Shown here: positions 35,481 to 45,688 of the stretch, one piece after another | How positions within the stretch are numbered: position 1 is the first letter of the stretch | Layout: every line of letters begins with the position of its first letter | From: Lactobacillales bacterium | GTDB lineage: Bacteria > Bacillota_I > Bacilli_A > RF39 > UBA660 | DNA: 64,000 bases | NCBI GenBank assembly: GCA_015059545.1 | Contig: SVAG01000006.1 | Span: 723-64,722 of the forward strand | Direction: 5' to 3' | The notes under the pieces: generated by a model | What the model saw: the letters and a program-made list of their open reading frames with translations, nothing else | The model's database searches: none | Told to the model about the DNA's origin: nothing | Position numbers and translations under genes: made by a program

Positions 35481-36197
35481 ATGGAAAGATTACAAAAGGT
35501 TATAGCAAATAGTGGATATACTTCAAGAAGAAAAGCGGAAGAGTTAATATCAAAAGGCTTAGTAAAAGTAAATGGTGTAACTGTTTATGAATTAGGAGTT
35601 AAAGTAAATACTAATGATTTAATTGAAGTAGATGGATACATAATAAAAAATGAAAATAAAGTTTACTATTTGTTAAATAAACCAAGAGGCATAATAACAT
35701 CTACATCAGATGATAAAGGGAGAAAAACAGTAGTAGATTTAATTAATACTAATGTAAGAATTTATCCAGTAGGAAGACTTGATTATGATACAACAGGTGC
35801 TATTATATTAACAAATGATGGAGAACTTGCTAATTTAATAATGCATCCAAAGTCAAAAATTGATAAAGTATATATTGCAAAAATTAACGGATTGATTGGA
35901 AAAAGTCAATTACAAAGATTAGAAAAGGGTGTATTTATAGATGGTAAAAAAACATCTAAATCAAGAGCTAGAATTAAAAATTATGATAAAAAAACAGATA
36001 CTTCTATAGTAGAATTAACAATTCATGAAGGTAGAAATCATCAAGTAAAGAAAATGTTTGAATCATTAGGGTATGATGTTTTAAAATTAAAAAGAGAAAG
36101 AATTTCTTTCTTAGATGTTAATAATTTAAAATCTGGAGAATATAGAATTTTAAATCCAAAGGAAGTAAAAAAATTATATAATGAAACAACAAAATAA
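35481..36197 (+). CDS. rluB: RsuA/RluB-family pseudouridine synthase with an S4 domain
   Basis: MERLQKVIANSGYTSRRKAEELI S4 domain and an RLDYDTTG catalytic-Asp motif. 238 aa. Confidence 0.85.
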   Translation: MERLQKVIANSGYTSRRKAEELISKGLVKVNGVTVYELGVKVNTNDLIEVDGYIIKNENKVYYLLNKPRGIITSTSDDKGRKTVVDLINTNVRIYPVGRLDYDTTGAIILTNDGELANLIMHPKSKIDKVYIAKINGLIGKSQLQRLEKGVFIDGKKTSKSRARIKNYDKKTDTSIVELTIHEGRNHQVKKMFESLGYDVLKLKRERISFLDVNNLKSGEYRILNPKEVKKLYNETTK

Positions 36198-36226
36198 AAA
36201 TGTGTTTGTAAACACATTTTTATTTA
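36196..36226. terminator. Bidirectional terminator
   Basis: aaatgtgtt-tgta-aacacattt palindrome flanked by A- and T-runs, between convergent genes. Confidence 0.7.
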
Positions 36227-36435
36227 TCTTCTTCTTTATAAATAGCATTGGTAGGACATCCTTCTAATGCATCCATAACATCATTTTTTAATTCTTCTTC
36301 CATTGTATCAATTGTATTATTATCTTCATTTGCTTCAGCAAATCCGTCATCATTAAATGAAAATACATCACTTGCAATAGCAGTACATGCTCCACAACCA
36401 ATACATGCGTCTTCATTAACTCTTACTTTTTCCAT
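36220..36435 (-). CDS. fer: Small [4Fe-4S] ferredoxin
   Basis: CIGCGAC...EGCP motif. 71 aa, acidic. Confidence 0.8.
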   Translation of the reverse strand: MEKVRVNEDACIGCGACTAIASDVFSFNDDGFAEANEDNNTIDTMEEELKNDVMDALEGCPTNAIYKEEDK

Positions 36436-36537
36436 ATTAATTCCTCCTTATATGATTATATAAAAAAATATATATTAAATGCAAGTAAAGGTTTAAAAAA
36501 AATAAAAAATGTGATATTATTATTAATAGGTGATAGT

Positions 36538-37344
36538 ATGGTAAGCAGAATGGAAAAATATTATAAAAATGAAGTTGCTTCAAAACAACGAAGTCAAAAA
36601 AATAAAGATCTTTATCGTAGTATATATGATGATGGTGAATATTCTAATATAGAAGGTATTGCTACCATGGATAAAAATAATGAAATTGATATCACTAAAG
36701 TAAGAAATACATTAAAAAACAGAGAAAATTATAAAAGACAAAAACAATATAGACAGATTACAAAACAAAAAGATGATTATGAAGAAAAAAATGTAAGTCG
36801 TGATTTCACTTCTAATGAACAAAAGAATTATGATATTAGAGATATTTTAAATAAAGCAAGAGATAAAAAACCAGTTGAAGATACACCTAGAAGTTTAGAT
36901 AATACAAATTATAATATATTAAAAAGTCTAAAACTAAATAGTGAAAAGGATCATCATAAAGAATTTGAGGATGATGAACTTAAAGAATTAATTAATACTA
37001 TTACAAGTACTAGTATGTTAAATCAAATGAATGATAAAGAACTTGGACTAAATATGTTTGATTTAGAGGAAACAACTGAAAATAAAATTGAAGGTAAAGA
37101 ATCCGTTAAACAATTATTAGAACAAGCTAAGAAGTATCAAGAAAATAAATCTGATACAATACCAGATTTAGATGATTCTTTTTATACATCTAGTTTAAAT
37201 TTCAATAAAGAGGATTTTGAAGAAGCTAATGATTATATTAAAAAGAAAAAATCAAAAAAAATCCTATCAAAAATACTTCTTTTTGTAGGACTTATAGTTG
37301 TAACTGGATTAATTATATTTGGAGTTTACTACCTAATTAAATAA
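36538..37344 (+). CDS. Hypothetical Lys/Asp/Glu-rich protein with a C-terminal TM anchor
   Basis: ORF 36511..37344. The internal start MVSRMEKYYKNE is more plausible. A single C-terminal TM helix, LLFVGLIVVTGLIIFGVYYLI. Confidence 0.4.
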   Translation: MVSRMEKYYKNEVASKQRSQKNKDLYRSIYDDGEYSNIEGIATMDKNNEIDITKVRNTLKNRENYKRQKQYRQITKQKDDYEEKNVSRDFTSNEQKNYDIRDILNKARDKKPVEDTPRSLDNTNYNILKSLKLNSEKDHHKEFEDDELKELINTITSTSMLNQMNDKELGLNMFDLEETTENKIEGKESVKQLLEQAKKYQENKSDTIPDLDDSFYTSSLNFNKEDFEEANDYIKKKKSKKILSKILLFVGLIVVTGLIIFGVYYLIK

Positions 37345-37360
37345 TTAGGTAGTTTTTTTA
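37328..37360. terminator. Bidirectional terminator
   Basis: tactacctaatt-aaat-aattaggtag palindrome followed by a T7 run. It overlaps both stop codons. Confidence 0.7.
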
Positions 37361-38439
37361 TATTTAGTTCTTATAAATACTAGTAATGGTAATATAAATA
37401 ATATTACCATCATAACAAATGGAAGTTTATATAATATAAAATTATCTCCAACAGTATTATTTTGAAATAAATAATTACTAGATATAAAACATACTATTAT
37501 TATCAAAACAGAAATAAATAAATTATCATATTTACAATTTGTAATGTGTTTAAATGAATATTTTATAAAATGAAAACATATTGAAAGCATCATGAATAAA
37601 TCAAATATCCATTGAGTTGCTAGTATACTCTCAAATCTTTGAAAGAAACCTGTTGTAGCAATTCTTCTTAAAAGAACAAAATCAGGAAATTCATACATAC
37701 TTGCTAAATCAATACCAAACGTTGATAGTACATAAAAAATTACTATAAATTTTCCAATGTTAGTAAATATATAGAAAAATATAATAGTTTTTGTTAAGTT
37801 TTTATTGTTTTTTACATCCTTTTTAGGAATAAATAATAATATATTTAATGGAAGAATAGAATATGCTACATGTGCTAGTCCACTAAGTAACGGATTTTTT
37901 ATACCATGTTCTAAGAAAGGTAATAAGTTTGTTAACTTAGAACTTCCAATTAATCCTAAAGCGCATATTAAAAATATTATTATTGATATATAAAATAATA
38001 TATTTGATGTTCTAACTAATGTATTTAAACTTTTAGTACAAGTATAAATAAAACATATTCCAAATATGATAGCAACATATAGTGTAGAAGTTCTAAATAG
38101 ATATTGAGAGCTTATAAAATTAAGCAAATTCCAAAATATAATACATGTTAAGAAAATAATTGTTCCTACAACTATAATATTAATAATTTTTCCAATTTTT
38201 TTTCCAAATAAAGAATCAAATTTTTCAAATATATTTAAATCAGGTCTATAATTTAATAATTTAAGAAAAATATATAGCGGAATAAACCCAATTATCGTAC
38301 CAATTATTGGTGATAAGTATCCATCTACACCTCCTATATGTATATAAGAATTCATAGATATTCCAAGTGACATAGATCTTATTAAGAAATAAATCAATAT
38401 ACCATATTCAAAGCATGTAATTTTATTTAATTTAATCAT
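37345..38439 (-). CDS. Spore germination protein, GerAB-type amino-acid-permease-like subunit
   Basis: 10-TM Spore_permease-like protein and the last gene of the gerA-type operon. Confidence 0.7.
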   Translation of the reverse strand: MIKLNKITCFEYGILIYFLIRSMSLGISMNSYIHIGGVDGYLSPIIGTIIGFIPLYIFLKLLNYRPDLNIFEKFDSLFGKKIGKIINIIVVGTIIFLTCIIFWNLLNFISSQYLFRTSTLYVAIIFGICFIYTCTKSLNTLVRTSNILFYISIIIFLICALGLIGSSKLTNLLPFLEHGIKNPLLSGLAHVAYSILPLNILLFIPKKDVKNNKNLTKTIIFFYIFTNIGKFIVIFYVLSTFGIDLASMYEFPDFVLLRRIATTGFFQRFESILATQWIFDLFMMLSICFHFIKYSFKHITNCKYDNLFISVLIIIVCFISSNYLFQNNTVGDNFILYKLPFVMMVILFILPLLVFIRTKYKKTT

Positions 38440-39613
38440 ATTTTTTCGCCGCCTTTAATGATTGTTTAGTTGCTCCCATTGTTTTAATATTAACATCTAT
38501 ATCTATATTTATATCTAAAGTAATAAATTTTTTATTCCAGTCATCTATTTCTTTAAAATATTTAGGATTTTTTTTATAAACTAAATTACCATAACCAAAA
38601 ATATCAGTTTCATTTTCTTTAGCTACTTCTATTCCTTGATTAACTAATTTTTTTACTTTTTTCTCTGTTTTTTCTTCTATCATTTGAATGTTTTCTTGTT
38701 TTTTTAAGTCAGTATCACAAGTAATTTCTTGAATATTACCATCAGCTTTAACATTTATATTAACAATTGGTTCGTTACCAACAAATTTAATTTTAGTTTT
38801 TGTTTCTAAACCTGATAGTGCAGTTATAATATATCCATCATCACAAGTTGTTTCTACTATCATTTCAGTTGTATTATCAGTTGCTATATTAATTCCTCTA
38901 CTTTCATCATCAGTCGCATAGTCTAAAAACTTAGAATTCTTAAAAAGTGCTAAACCTTTAAGTCCTACAAAAGCTTTTAATTCAGTTGATTCTAAAGCTT
39001 TACTAGTGCTTCCTTTATCTTCTTTTCCATATATTTTAATAGTTGGAAGATATGGTTCAGCTCCTTTTCTTAAATAAGTTTCCATAAAATCACTATATGT
39101 CATATCATCTGATATCGAACTAGCATTATTAGCGTTTTCAATATTTAATTTTACATTTTGAGAAGGAAATGATTCAAGTGGTGATAGTATTTTTAATACA
39201 TCACTAGCTTTTTCATCATTTCTTGTCATTATTAGATAAGATCTTTTAGTTGTTTCAGGACTCCTAAATAAATAGTCGCTTATATCAGCAAGGCCTTTTT
39301 TTGCGACATCTTCAGATACTATAATAACTGCTAAATGTCCTAAATATATTTTTTTAGGAATTCTATTATCTATTTTTTTTAATGCCATGGAAAAGTTTTT
39401 GCCAGTACCATCATATACTATTGTTCCAGCATCTCCTTCTTTAGAACTTTCTTGAGCTTTTTTAGAATTTGATATTAATATACTTACTTTATATTTATCA
39501 TCTTCCATATCAACAGCAATTCCAGTAACAATCGCGATATTATTTAATTCTTTATAATCAGCACATCCTGTAAAAATTAATAATATAGGAATAATTAATA
39601 AAAGTTTTTTCAT
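38432..39613 (-). CDS. Spore germination lipoprotein, GerAC-type
   Basis: MKKLLLIIPILLIFTGCADYKELNNIAIVTGIAVD, the typical Ger(x)C lipobox and N-terminus. Confidence 0.8.
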   Translation of the reverse strand: MKKLLLIIPILLIFTGCADYKELNNIAIVTGIAVDMEDDKYKVSILISNSKKAQESSKEGDAGTIVYDGTGKNFSMALKKIDNRIPKKIYLGHLAVIIVSEDVAKKGLADISDYLFRSPETTKRSYLIMTRNDEKASDVLKILSPLESFPSQNVKLNIENANNASSISDDMTYSDFMETYLRKGAEPYLPTIKIYGKEDKGSTSKALESTELKAFVGLKGLALFKNSKFLDYATDDESRGINIATDNTTEMIVETTCDDGYIITALSGLETKTKIKFVGNEPIVNINVKADGNIQEITCDTDLKKQENIQMIEEKTEKKVKKLVNQGIEVAKENETDIFGYGNLVYKKNPKYFKEIDDWNKKFITLDINIDIDVNIKTMGATKQSLKAAKKYD

Positions 39614-41073
39614 TTATATTCCTCCATTCTTGTTTCATTTTTTGTAAGATATGGTGCTCTTGTTTTTTGCCTTAATTTTGAAAATCTAATAATACTATCT
39701 TTTAGCATCTTAGGATATAAGGGAGCACTTGGAACCATATATGGAATATTTAAATATTCTATACTACATAATTTAACTACAAATATTAAGAAGGCAATTA
39801 TAAGCCCAATAAATCCTAATATAGTAGAGAAGAAAATAAATATAAGTCGCCACCATCTAATACCATTTATAAAATCAATATCGGTATATAATAAACCTGA
39901 AATTGAAGTAAATGCTACTACTATTATGACGATAGGCGATACAATTCCTGCACTAACAGCTGCTTCTCCAAGTATTAGTGCCCCAACAATACTGATTGCT
40001 GCTCCTGTATTATTTGGCATTCTAGTATCAGCTTCTCTTAATATTTCAAATATTGCTATCATTAGTATTAATTCTAAAGCTGTAGGAAAGGGTACTCCTG
40101 ATTTTTGAATTGATAAAGATATTAATAATTCATTTGGAATAACTTCTTGATTCCATGTTGTAACAGCAATATAAAATCCAGGTGTTATTATAGTAAGAAT
40201 AAAACCAATAAATCTAAGTATTCTTGTTAAACTTATATTAATTGGTTTTTGATAATAGTCTTCTGGATTATGTAAAAAATCTATTAATAATCCAGGTAGT
40301 ATTAAAGCAAATGGACTATTTTCAACTAGTATTACTATTTTACCTTCTAATAAGGCACCACTTACTAAATCTGGTCTTTCAGTACTTATCATATTTGGTA
40401 ATGAATTATTTGATTTATTAGTTAGAAATTCTCTTATATAGCCACTATCTAAAACTCCATCAACATCTATTTTACTAAGTCTCTCTTCTATTATTTTTAC
40501 GTTTTTTTTATTAACTATATCATTTATATATCCGATTGATACTTTTGTTTTTGTTCTTCTACCAATTCTTATATCTTTAAACCATAGATTTTCATCTTTA
40601 ACTCTTTTTCTTATTAAACCTAAATTGATATTATGGTTTTCTGTAAAACTATCTTTTGGACCTCTAATTACTGCTTCACTAGATGATTCTGTAACACCTC
40701 TATCTAGTTGCATCCTTGTTTCAATAGTTATTGCTTCATCATAACCATCTACAAATATACAAGCAAATCCCGATGATAATTTATAAACAATATCTTCTTT
40801 TGTTTTAGAAGTTGATAAATTACTATTATAAATAGTATTTTCTAATCTTTTAAATAAGTCTTTAAATAAATTTAAACTATTTTCTTTAACAAAACTACTT
40901 ATATTTTTCATTAAAAAATTACTTATTTTATCATCACTACTAACACTTGCTAAATATATATAAGCTATTTTTTTATTTTTAATAGTTATAGTTCTAGTTA
41001 CTAAATCACCACTATTACCATAACTATCTTGTATAGTTTTTACATTCTTTTCTAAATTATCACTTATTTTCAT
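39610..41073 (-). CDS. Spore germination protein, GerAA-type subunit
   Basis: GerA-family soluble N-terminal domain plus a C-terminal 4-5 TM. Overlaps the GerAC start by 4 nt. Confidence 0.8.
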   Translation of the reverse strand: MKISDNLEKNVKTIQDSYGNSGDLVTRTITIKNKKIAYIYLASVSSDDKISNFLMKNISSFVKENSLNLFKDLFKRLENTIYNSNLSTSKTKEDIVYKLSSGFACIFVDGYDEAITIETRMQLDRGVTESSSEAVIRGPKDSFTENHNINLGLIRKRVKDENLWFKDIRIGRRTKTKVSIGYINDIVNKKNVKIIEERLSKIDVDGVLDSGYIREFLTNKSNNSLPNMISTERPDLVSGALLEGKIVILVENSPFALILPGLLIDFLHNPEDYYQKPINISLTRILRFIGFILTIITPGFYIAVTTWNQEVIPNELLISLSIQKSGVPFPTALELILMIAIFEILREADTRMPNNTGAAISIVGALILGEAAVSAGIVSPIVIIVVAFTSISGLLYTDIDFINGIRWWRLIFIFFSTILGFIGLIIAFLIFVVKLCSIEYLNIPYMVPSAPLYPKMLKDSIIRFSKLRQKTRAPYLTKNETRMEEYK

Positions 41074-41159
41074 ATTATCCCTCGACTTTTAATATTCCCA
41101 AAATATGAAAATATATGACATTAACTTATATTTTTGATATAATGTTTTTGGTGAATACT

Positions 41160-42380
41160 ATGATAGTAAAAGTAGAAAAAATGGATCATCAAGGAAGAGG
41201 AATTGCTAAAGTAAATGATAAAACAGTTTTTATTTATAATGCACTTCCTCTTGAATTAGTTGATATTAGAATAATTAAAGAAAATAAAAGAATTATGGAA
41301 GCTGTTGTTTTAAAGTACATTGAAACATCTAAAAAAAGAATTAATCCAATTTGTCCATATTACTTAGAATGTGGTGGTTGTGATTTAATGCATATTAACT
41401 ATGATGATGAATTAGAATATAAAGAAAATAAGATTAGACAAATTATAGAAAAATTTACGACTTTACCTTTACAAATAATTAAACCAATTGTAGGTAATAG
41501 TTGTGATAACTATAGAAATAAAGTAACATTTCATGTAAATAGCAAAATAGGATATTATTCTAAAAAGAGTTTTAAAATAATAGATATAGATAATTGTTTT
41601 ATAGCCTCTAATGAAATAAATAATATTTTAAAAAATTTAAAAGAAATTAATTTAAATAATATTTATGAAATAGTTATTAGAACTTCTAAATATATGAATG
41701 ATAAAATGATTGTTTTAAAAATTAATAATTATATTAATGAAGAAGAAATAATTGATAAATTAAAGGATATAGTAGACTCTATTATTGTTTACCAAAATAA
41801 AGAATATAAAACTATATATGGTAAAGGATTTATAAATGATAAAATAGGTGATTATATATTTAAGATATCACCAGATTCATTTTTTCAGGTTAATACTATT
41901 CAAGCTAAGGTTTTATATGATAAAGTTTTAGAATATTTAGAACCAAATAAAGATGAAAATATATTAGATTTATATTGTGGTACAGGAACTATTGGTATTT
42001 ATGTTAGTAAATATGTTAAGAGTGTTAAAGGAATTGAAATAAATAAGTATGCAGTAATAGATGCGAATTATAATAAAAAAATAAATAATGTAGATAATAT
42101 TTCATTTGAATGTTTAGATGCTTCAAAAGTAGATAAAATTAAAGATAAATTTGATAGTGTTATAGTAGATCCACCAAGAAGTGGACTTGATAAAAAAACA
42201 ATAAATTATTTAATAAATTTGAAAGCTAAAAAAATAGTATATGTATCATGTGATCCTGTTACATTAGCACGTGATTTAGAACTTTTAAAAGATTATTATA
42301 ATGTAGAAGAAATAACACCTGTTGATATGTTTAGTAATACATATCATGTAGAATGTGTAAGTGTTTTGAAACTTAAATAG
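41160..42380 (+). CDS. rlmD: 23S rRNA (uracil-C5)-methyltransferase RlmD/RumA family, with TRAM domain and Fe-S Cys cluster
   Basis: TRAM N-terminus, CPYYLECGGCDLMH cluster, DLYCGTGTIG SAM motif, and a C-terminal VDMFSNTYHVECV. The ORF-track start at 41115 is a probable extension. Confidence 0.8.
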   Translation: MIVKVEKMDHQGRGIAKVNDKTVFIYNALPLELVDIRIIKENKRIMEAVVLKYIETSKKRINPICPYYLECGGCDLMHINYDDELEYKENKIRQIIEKFTTLPLQIIKPIVGNSCDNYRNKVTFHVNSKIGYYSKKSFKIIDIDNCFIASNEINNILKNLKEINLNNIYEIVIRTSKYMNDKMIVLKINNYINEEEIIDKLKDIVDSIIVYQNKEYKTIYGKGFINDKIGDYIFKISPDSFFQVNTIQAKVLYDKVLEYLEPNKDENILDLYCGTGTIGIYVSKYVKSVKGIEINKYAVIDANYNKKINNVDNISFECLDASKVDKIKDKFDSVIVDPPRSGLDKKTINYLINLKAKKIVYVSCDPVTLARDLELLKDYYNVEEITPVDMFSNTYHVECVSVLKLK

Positions 42381-42431
42381 AGAACCTTCTATAATACAGA
42401 ATTAGTTATTTTTAGAAAGTAGGAAAATAAT

Positions 42432-42998
42432 ATGAAGAATATATTAATACTTGGAACTTGTAGAACAGGAAAAACTACTTTTTCAAAGATGTTACAAAAA
42501 GAGTTAGATAATTACCAAATTCTTGAAGTTGATTCAATCATTTCAGCATTACAAAGAACGTTTGATGATATTGAAGTAGGTTTTATACATGATAATTTAG
42601 AGAATAATAAATTAACTGAATTTATAAGCATTTTAATTGAAAAATTTCAAGTAAGATTAGGAAATGAATATGGGTTTATCATAAATTCTGATTCAATATT
42701 ACCAGAAGATTTAATTAAATATTTTGATTTAGATAATACAATAGTTTATTATTTTGTAAGTTCAAAGTTGACAGTAGATGAAATTGTTCAAAACTGTAGA
42801 AATTATGATAATTTGAATCAATGGACAACTAAAAGAACAGATGAACAATTATCAAATCATTTGAAAATTGCAAAGAATTTTGAAATTAAAGTCATTGAAC
42901 AATGTAAAAAATACAATATCGAATGTATTGATACATCACATAATAGAGAGATTATTTTCAAACAATTATTAGATGATATTAAAAGTATCCTTAATTAA
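42432..42998 (+). CDS. P-loop NTPase, small kinase-like fold (paralog A)
   Basis: Walker A GTCRTGKTT. 188 aa. Confidence 0.5.
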   Translation: MKNILILGTCRTGKTTFSKMLQKELDNYQILEVDSIISALQRTFDDIEVGFIHDNLENNKLTEFISILIEKFQVRLGNEYGFIINSDSILPEDLIKYFDLDNTIVYYFVSSKLTVDEIVQNCRNYDNLNQWTTKRTDEQLSNHLKIAKNFEIKVIEQCKKYNIECIDTSHNREIIFKQLLDDIKSILN

Positions 42999-43015
42999 AA
43001 TACATATATGGAGGA

Positions 43016-43579
43016 ATGATTATGAAAAATATAATAATTATTGGACCATCTAGAGTTGGTAAATCTACATTAGCATCTATATTGTGCCAAAAATATAATT
43101 TTAATTATATAAGTGGTGATAGCATTAGAAATGCTTTTATTGATATATATCCTGAACTTGGATATACAGTAAAAGACACAATAGAAAGAAAAGATTTTTG
43201 TGAGTTTATAAATTTTATAATTAATCAAAATAATATTCATTTAAAAAGAGATATTTATTATGTTATTGATTCAGCTGATATTTCAATTAAAAATGCTAAA
43301 GAAGTCTTTAAAAATTCTTTGATAATTGGTATTGGATGTAAAGATATTTCTGCTGAAGAATTAAAAAATAAAATATTAGAACATGATAATAATCTTGATT
43401 GGACTTACGGATATAATGAAGAAGATCTTTTATCTATTTCAAAAGGAACTATTAATAGTAGTATTAATCTTTATAATGAATGTGTTTTAAATAATATTTG
43501 TTATTTTGATGCGTCAACAGATAGATATGAAACATATAATGAAATTTATAAATATATAGAAAGTAATATTGAGGTATAA
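43016..43579 (+). CDS. P-loop NTPase, small kinase-like fold (paralog B)
   Basis: Walker A GPSRVGKST. 187 aa. It can be aligned with the preceding gene along its full length. Confidence 0.5.
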   Translation: MIMKNIIIIGPSRVGKSTLASILCQKYNFNYISGDSIRNAFIDIYPELGYTVKDTIERKDFCEFINFIINQNNIHLKRDIYYVIDSADISIKNAKEVFKNSLIIGIGCKDISAEELKNKILEHDNNLDWTYGYNEEDLLSISKGTINSSINLYNECVLNNICYFDASTDRYETYNEIYKYIESNIEV

Positions 43580-43581
43580 TT

Positions 43582-44172
43582 ATGGATAGAATATTTTTAT
43601 TTGATCTTGGAGATGTTTTGGTAGAGTTCTTAGATGACTATGATTTGTATAATAAACTAAATTGTAAAATTTCATATGATGAATTTTTACCATATTGGTG
43701 GGGAGATGATTTAGTAATAAAAGCTCACATGGGACTTGCTATAGATGATGAACATGTTGAAGCATTATTAAAATTTTGTAAAAGTGATTTATCAATAAGT
43801 GAATTTTATGAAATGTATAATAATTTGGATAAATCTTTATATAATGATACTGTTCAAATTATAAATGAATTAAAAAATAAAGGATATAAGGTTGGACTTT
43901 TATCCAATCTTAGATTAATGGATTACAAAAGATATGAAGAACAAATCAAAAAAATAGATTTTGATTATGTATTTTTATCATATGAGATGAAATGTATAAA
44001 ACCATCAAAAGATATTTATTTACAAGTAATTAATAAACTTAATTGTGAAGCAAATAATATAATATTTTTTGATGATAATGAAAAAAATGTAGAGGGTGCT
44101 AAAGCAGTTGGAATTAATGCTTATCAAGTTACTGGTAAAAATATAAAAGAAGTATTTAATAAAATAATATAA
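43582..44172 (+). CDS. HAD-superfamily hydrolase
   Basis: Motif I FDLGDVLV, motif IV FFDDNEKNVEGAKAVGINAY. 196 aa. Confidence 0.65.
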   Translation: MDRIFLFDLGDVLVEFLDDYDLYNKLNCKISYDEFLPYWWGDDLVIKAHMGLAIDDEHVEALLKFCKSDLSISEFYEMYNNLDKSLYNDTVQIINELKNKGYKVGLLSNLRLMDYKRYEEQIKKIDFDYVFLSYEMKCIKPSKDIYLQVINKLNCEANNIIFFDDNEKNVEGAKAVGINAYQVTGKNIKEVFNKII

Positions 44173-44288
44173 GATTTGTATAAATACATGTGGAATGTGT
44201 ATGTGCTTTAAAACATAAGTAAATAATTGAAATATAAAATGAAATTCATTATAATAATTACATTAGAAAAAAGAAGGAGGTTTAAAAT

Positions 44289-44474
44289 TTGCTAAATTCT
44301 AAAAATAAAAGAATACAATATTTAAAACAACAAAAGTATTTGTCAATTAAAGAAAAAAAAGAATTGATTTTAGCTGGAGAAGATGTACCTATTTGTATTG
44401 GTAGTAGTAAAAGTGATATAGGTGGTCCTGTTAAATATTATTCTCATCATGTTAAAAAGAAAATAAGATTATAA
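44289..44474 (+). CDS. Hypothetical small protein (61 aa, TTG start)
   Basis: AAGGAGG RBS 8 nt upstream of TTG. Basic. Confidence 0.3.
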   Translation: MLNSKNKRIQYLKQQKYLSIKEKKELILAGEDVPICIGSSKSDIGGPVKYYSHHVKKKIRL

Positions 44475-44577
44475 ACAGATTAATTATATATAAAGATATT
44501 TTAATGTTAGAAAAAATAATTTTTTTCTTTTTTTATATTGTATAATGAACAAATGTTTGGTATAATTTAATTATTAA

Positions 44578-45165
44578 ATGAAGGATGTGACTTTAATGAA
44601 TGAAAGCAATATTTTGTTATATGAAACAGATGAAGGAAAAGTTAATGTTGATGTAATATTAAAGGATGAAACTATATGGTTAACACAAAAAAGTATGTCA
44701 GAATTGTTTGATGTTAATGTACCTGCAATAAATAAACATTTAAATAATATTTATGATGAAGAAGAATTAACTAAGATTTCAACTATTTCCAAAATGGAAA
44801 TAGTTCGAAAAGAAGGAAATCGTAATGTAAAAAGAGACCTTGATTTTTATAATTTGGATGCAATAATTGCAGTAGGTTATAGAGTTAATTCTAAAAAAGC
44901 CACTAAGTTTAGAATATGGGCAACTAAAATATTAAAAGAATATATGATTAAAGGTTTTGTAATAGATGATGAAAAATTAAAAAATGGACCTAAATTTGGT
45001 AAAGATTATTATGATGAATTATTGCAAACTATTAAGGAAATTAGATTAAGTGAAAGAAGACAATATCAAAAGATTACAGATGTATTTGAAGCAACAAGTA
45101 TTGATTATAATAAAAATTCTGAAGAAGCATATACATTCTTTAAAATAGTTCAAAATAAATTACAT
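44578..45165 (+). pseudogene. rhuM-family (Virulence_RhuM) gene, 5' fragment, interrupted after ...FFKIVQNKLH
   Basis: The N-terminus LLYETDEGKVNVDVILKDETIWLTQKSMSELF..INKHL..IY is the RhuM signature. The frame runs into the inserted DNA and stops 8 codons later. Confidence 0.6.
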
Positions 45166-45336
45166 GATGCAATTTGTAATAACGTTTAAAAGCCTTGAAA
45201 TACAAGGGGTTGTGAAATTTTAATATGCGATTAGATACGAATTAGATATTAAAAAATTGAATTATAGGTATGTTATATGTTTATTTTTAATAATTAATTC
45301 GTATCTAAAAATAATTATCAAAGGAGGAAATGTCGA

Positions 45337-45669
45337 ATGATAAAAAATTATAAAGTCATAACTTTATGTGGTTCAACTAGATTTAAGAAAGAGTTTATGA
45401 ATGTTCAAAAGGAATTAACACTTAAAGGTAACATTGTTATATCCGTAGGATTGTTCGGACATTCTGGTGACAACGAGGTATGGGAAAATATGGATGAAGG
45501 GACTTTAACTAAAACAAAAGAAATGTTAGATGATATGCATAAAAGGAAAATAGATATGGCAGATGAAATATTTGTAATAAATGTAGATGGTTATATTGGT
45601 GAAAGCACAAAATCAGAAATAGAGTATGCTAAAAAGACAGGAAAAAAAGTGAACTATCTTGAAAAATAA
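45337..45669 (+). CDS. Hypothetical protein, DUF4406/nucleoside 2-deoxyribosyltransferase-like fold (110 aa)
   Basis: ITLCGSTRF...ADEIFVINVDGYIGESTKSEIEYAKKTGKKV pattern. GGAGG RBS. Confidence 0.4.
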   Translation: MIKNYKVITLCGSTRFKKEFMNVQKELTLKGNIVISVGLFGHSGDNEVWENMDEGTLTKTKEMLDDMHKRKIDMADEIFVINVDGYIGESTKSEIEYAKKTGKKVNYLEK

Positions 45670-45688
45670 AATAGAGGAGGTTGTGGTA

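Noticed and set aside
36248-36463. ORF 36248..36463(+)
   Set aside because: It is antisense to the ferredoxin gene, which has clear Cys motifs.
37805-40108. ORFs 37805..37993(+) and 39926..40108(+)
   Set aside because: They are antisense inside the gerAB and gerAA genes.
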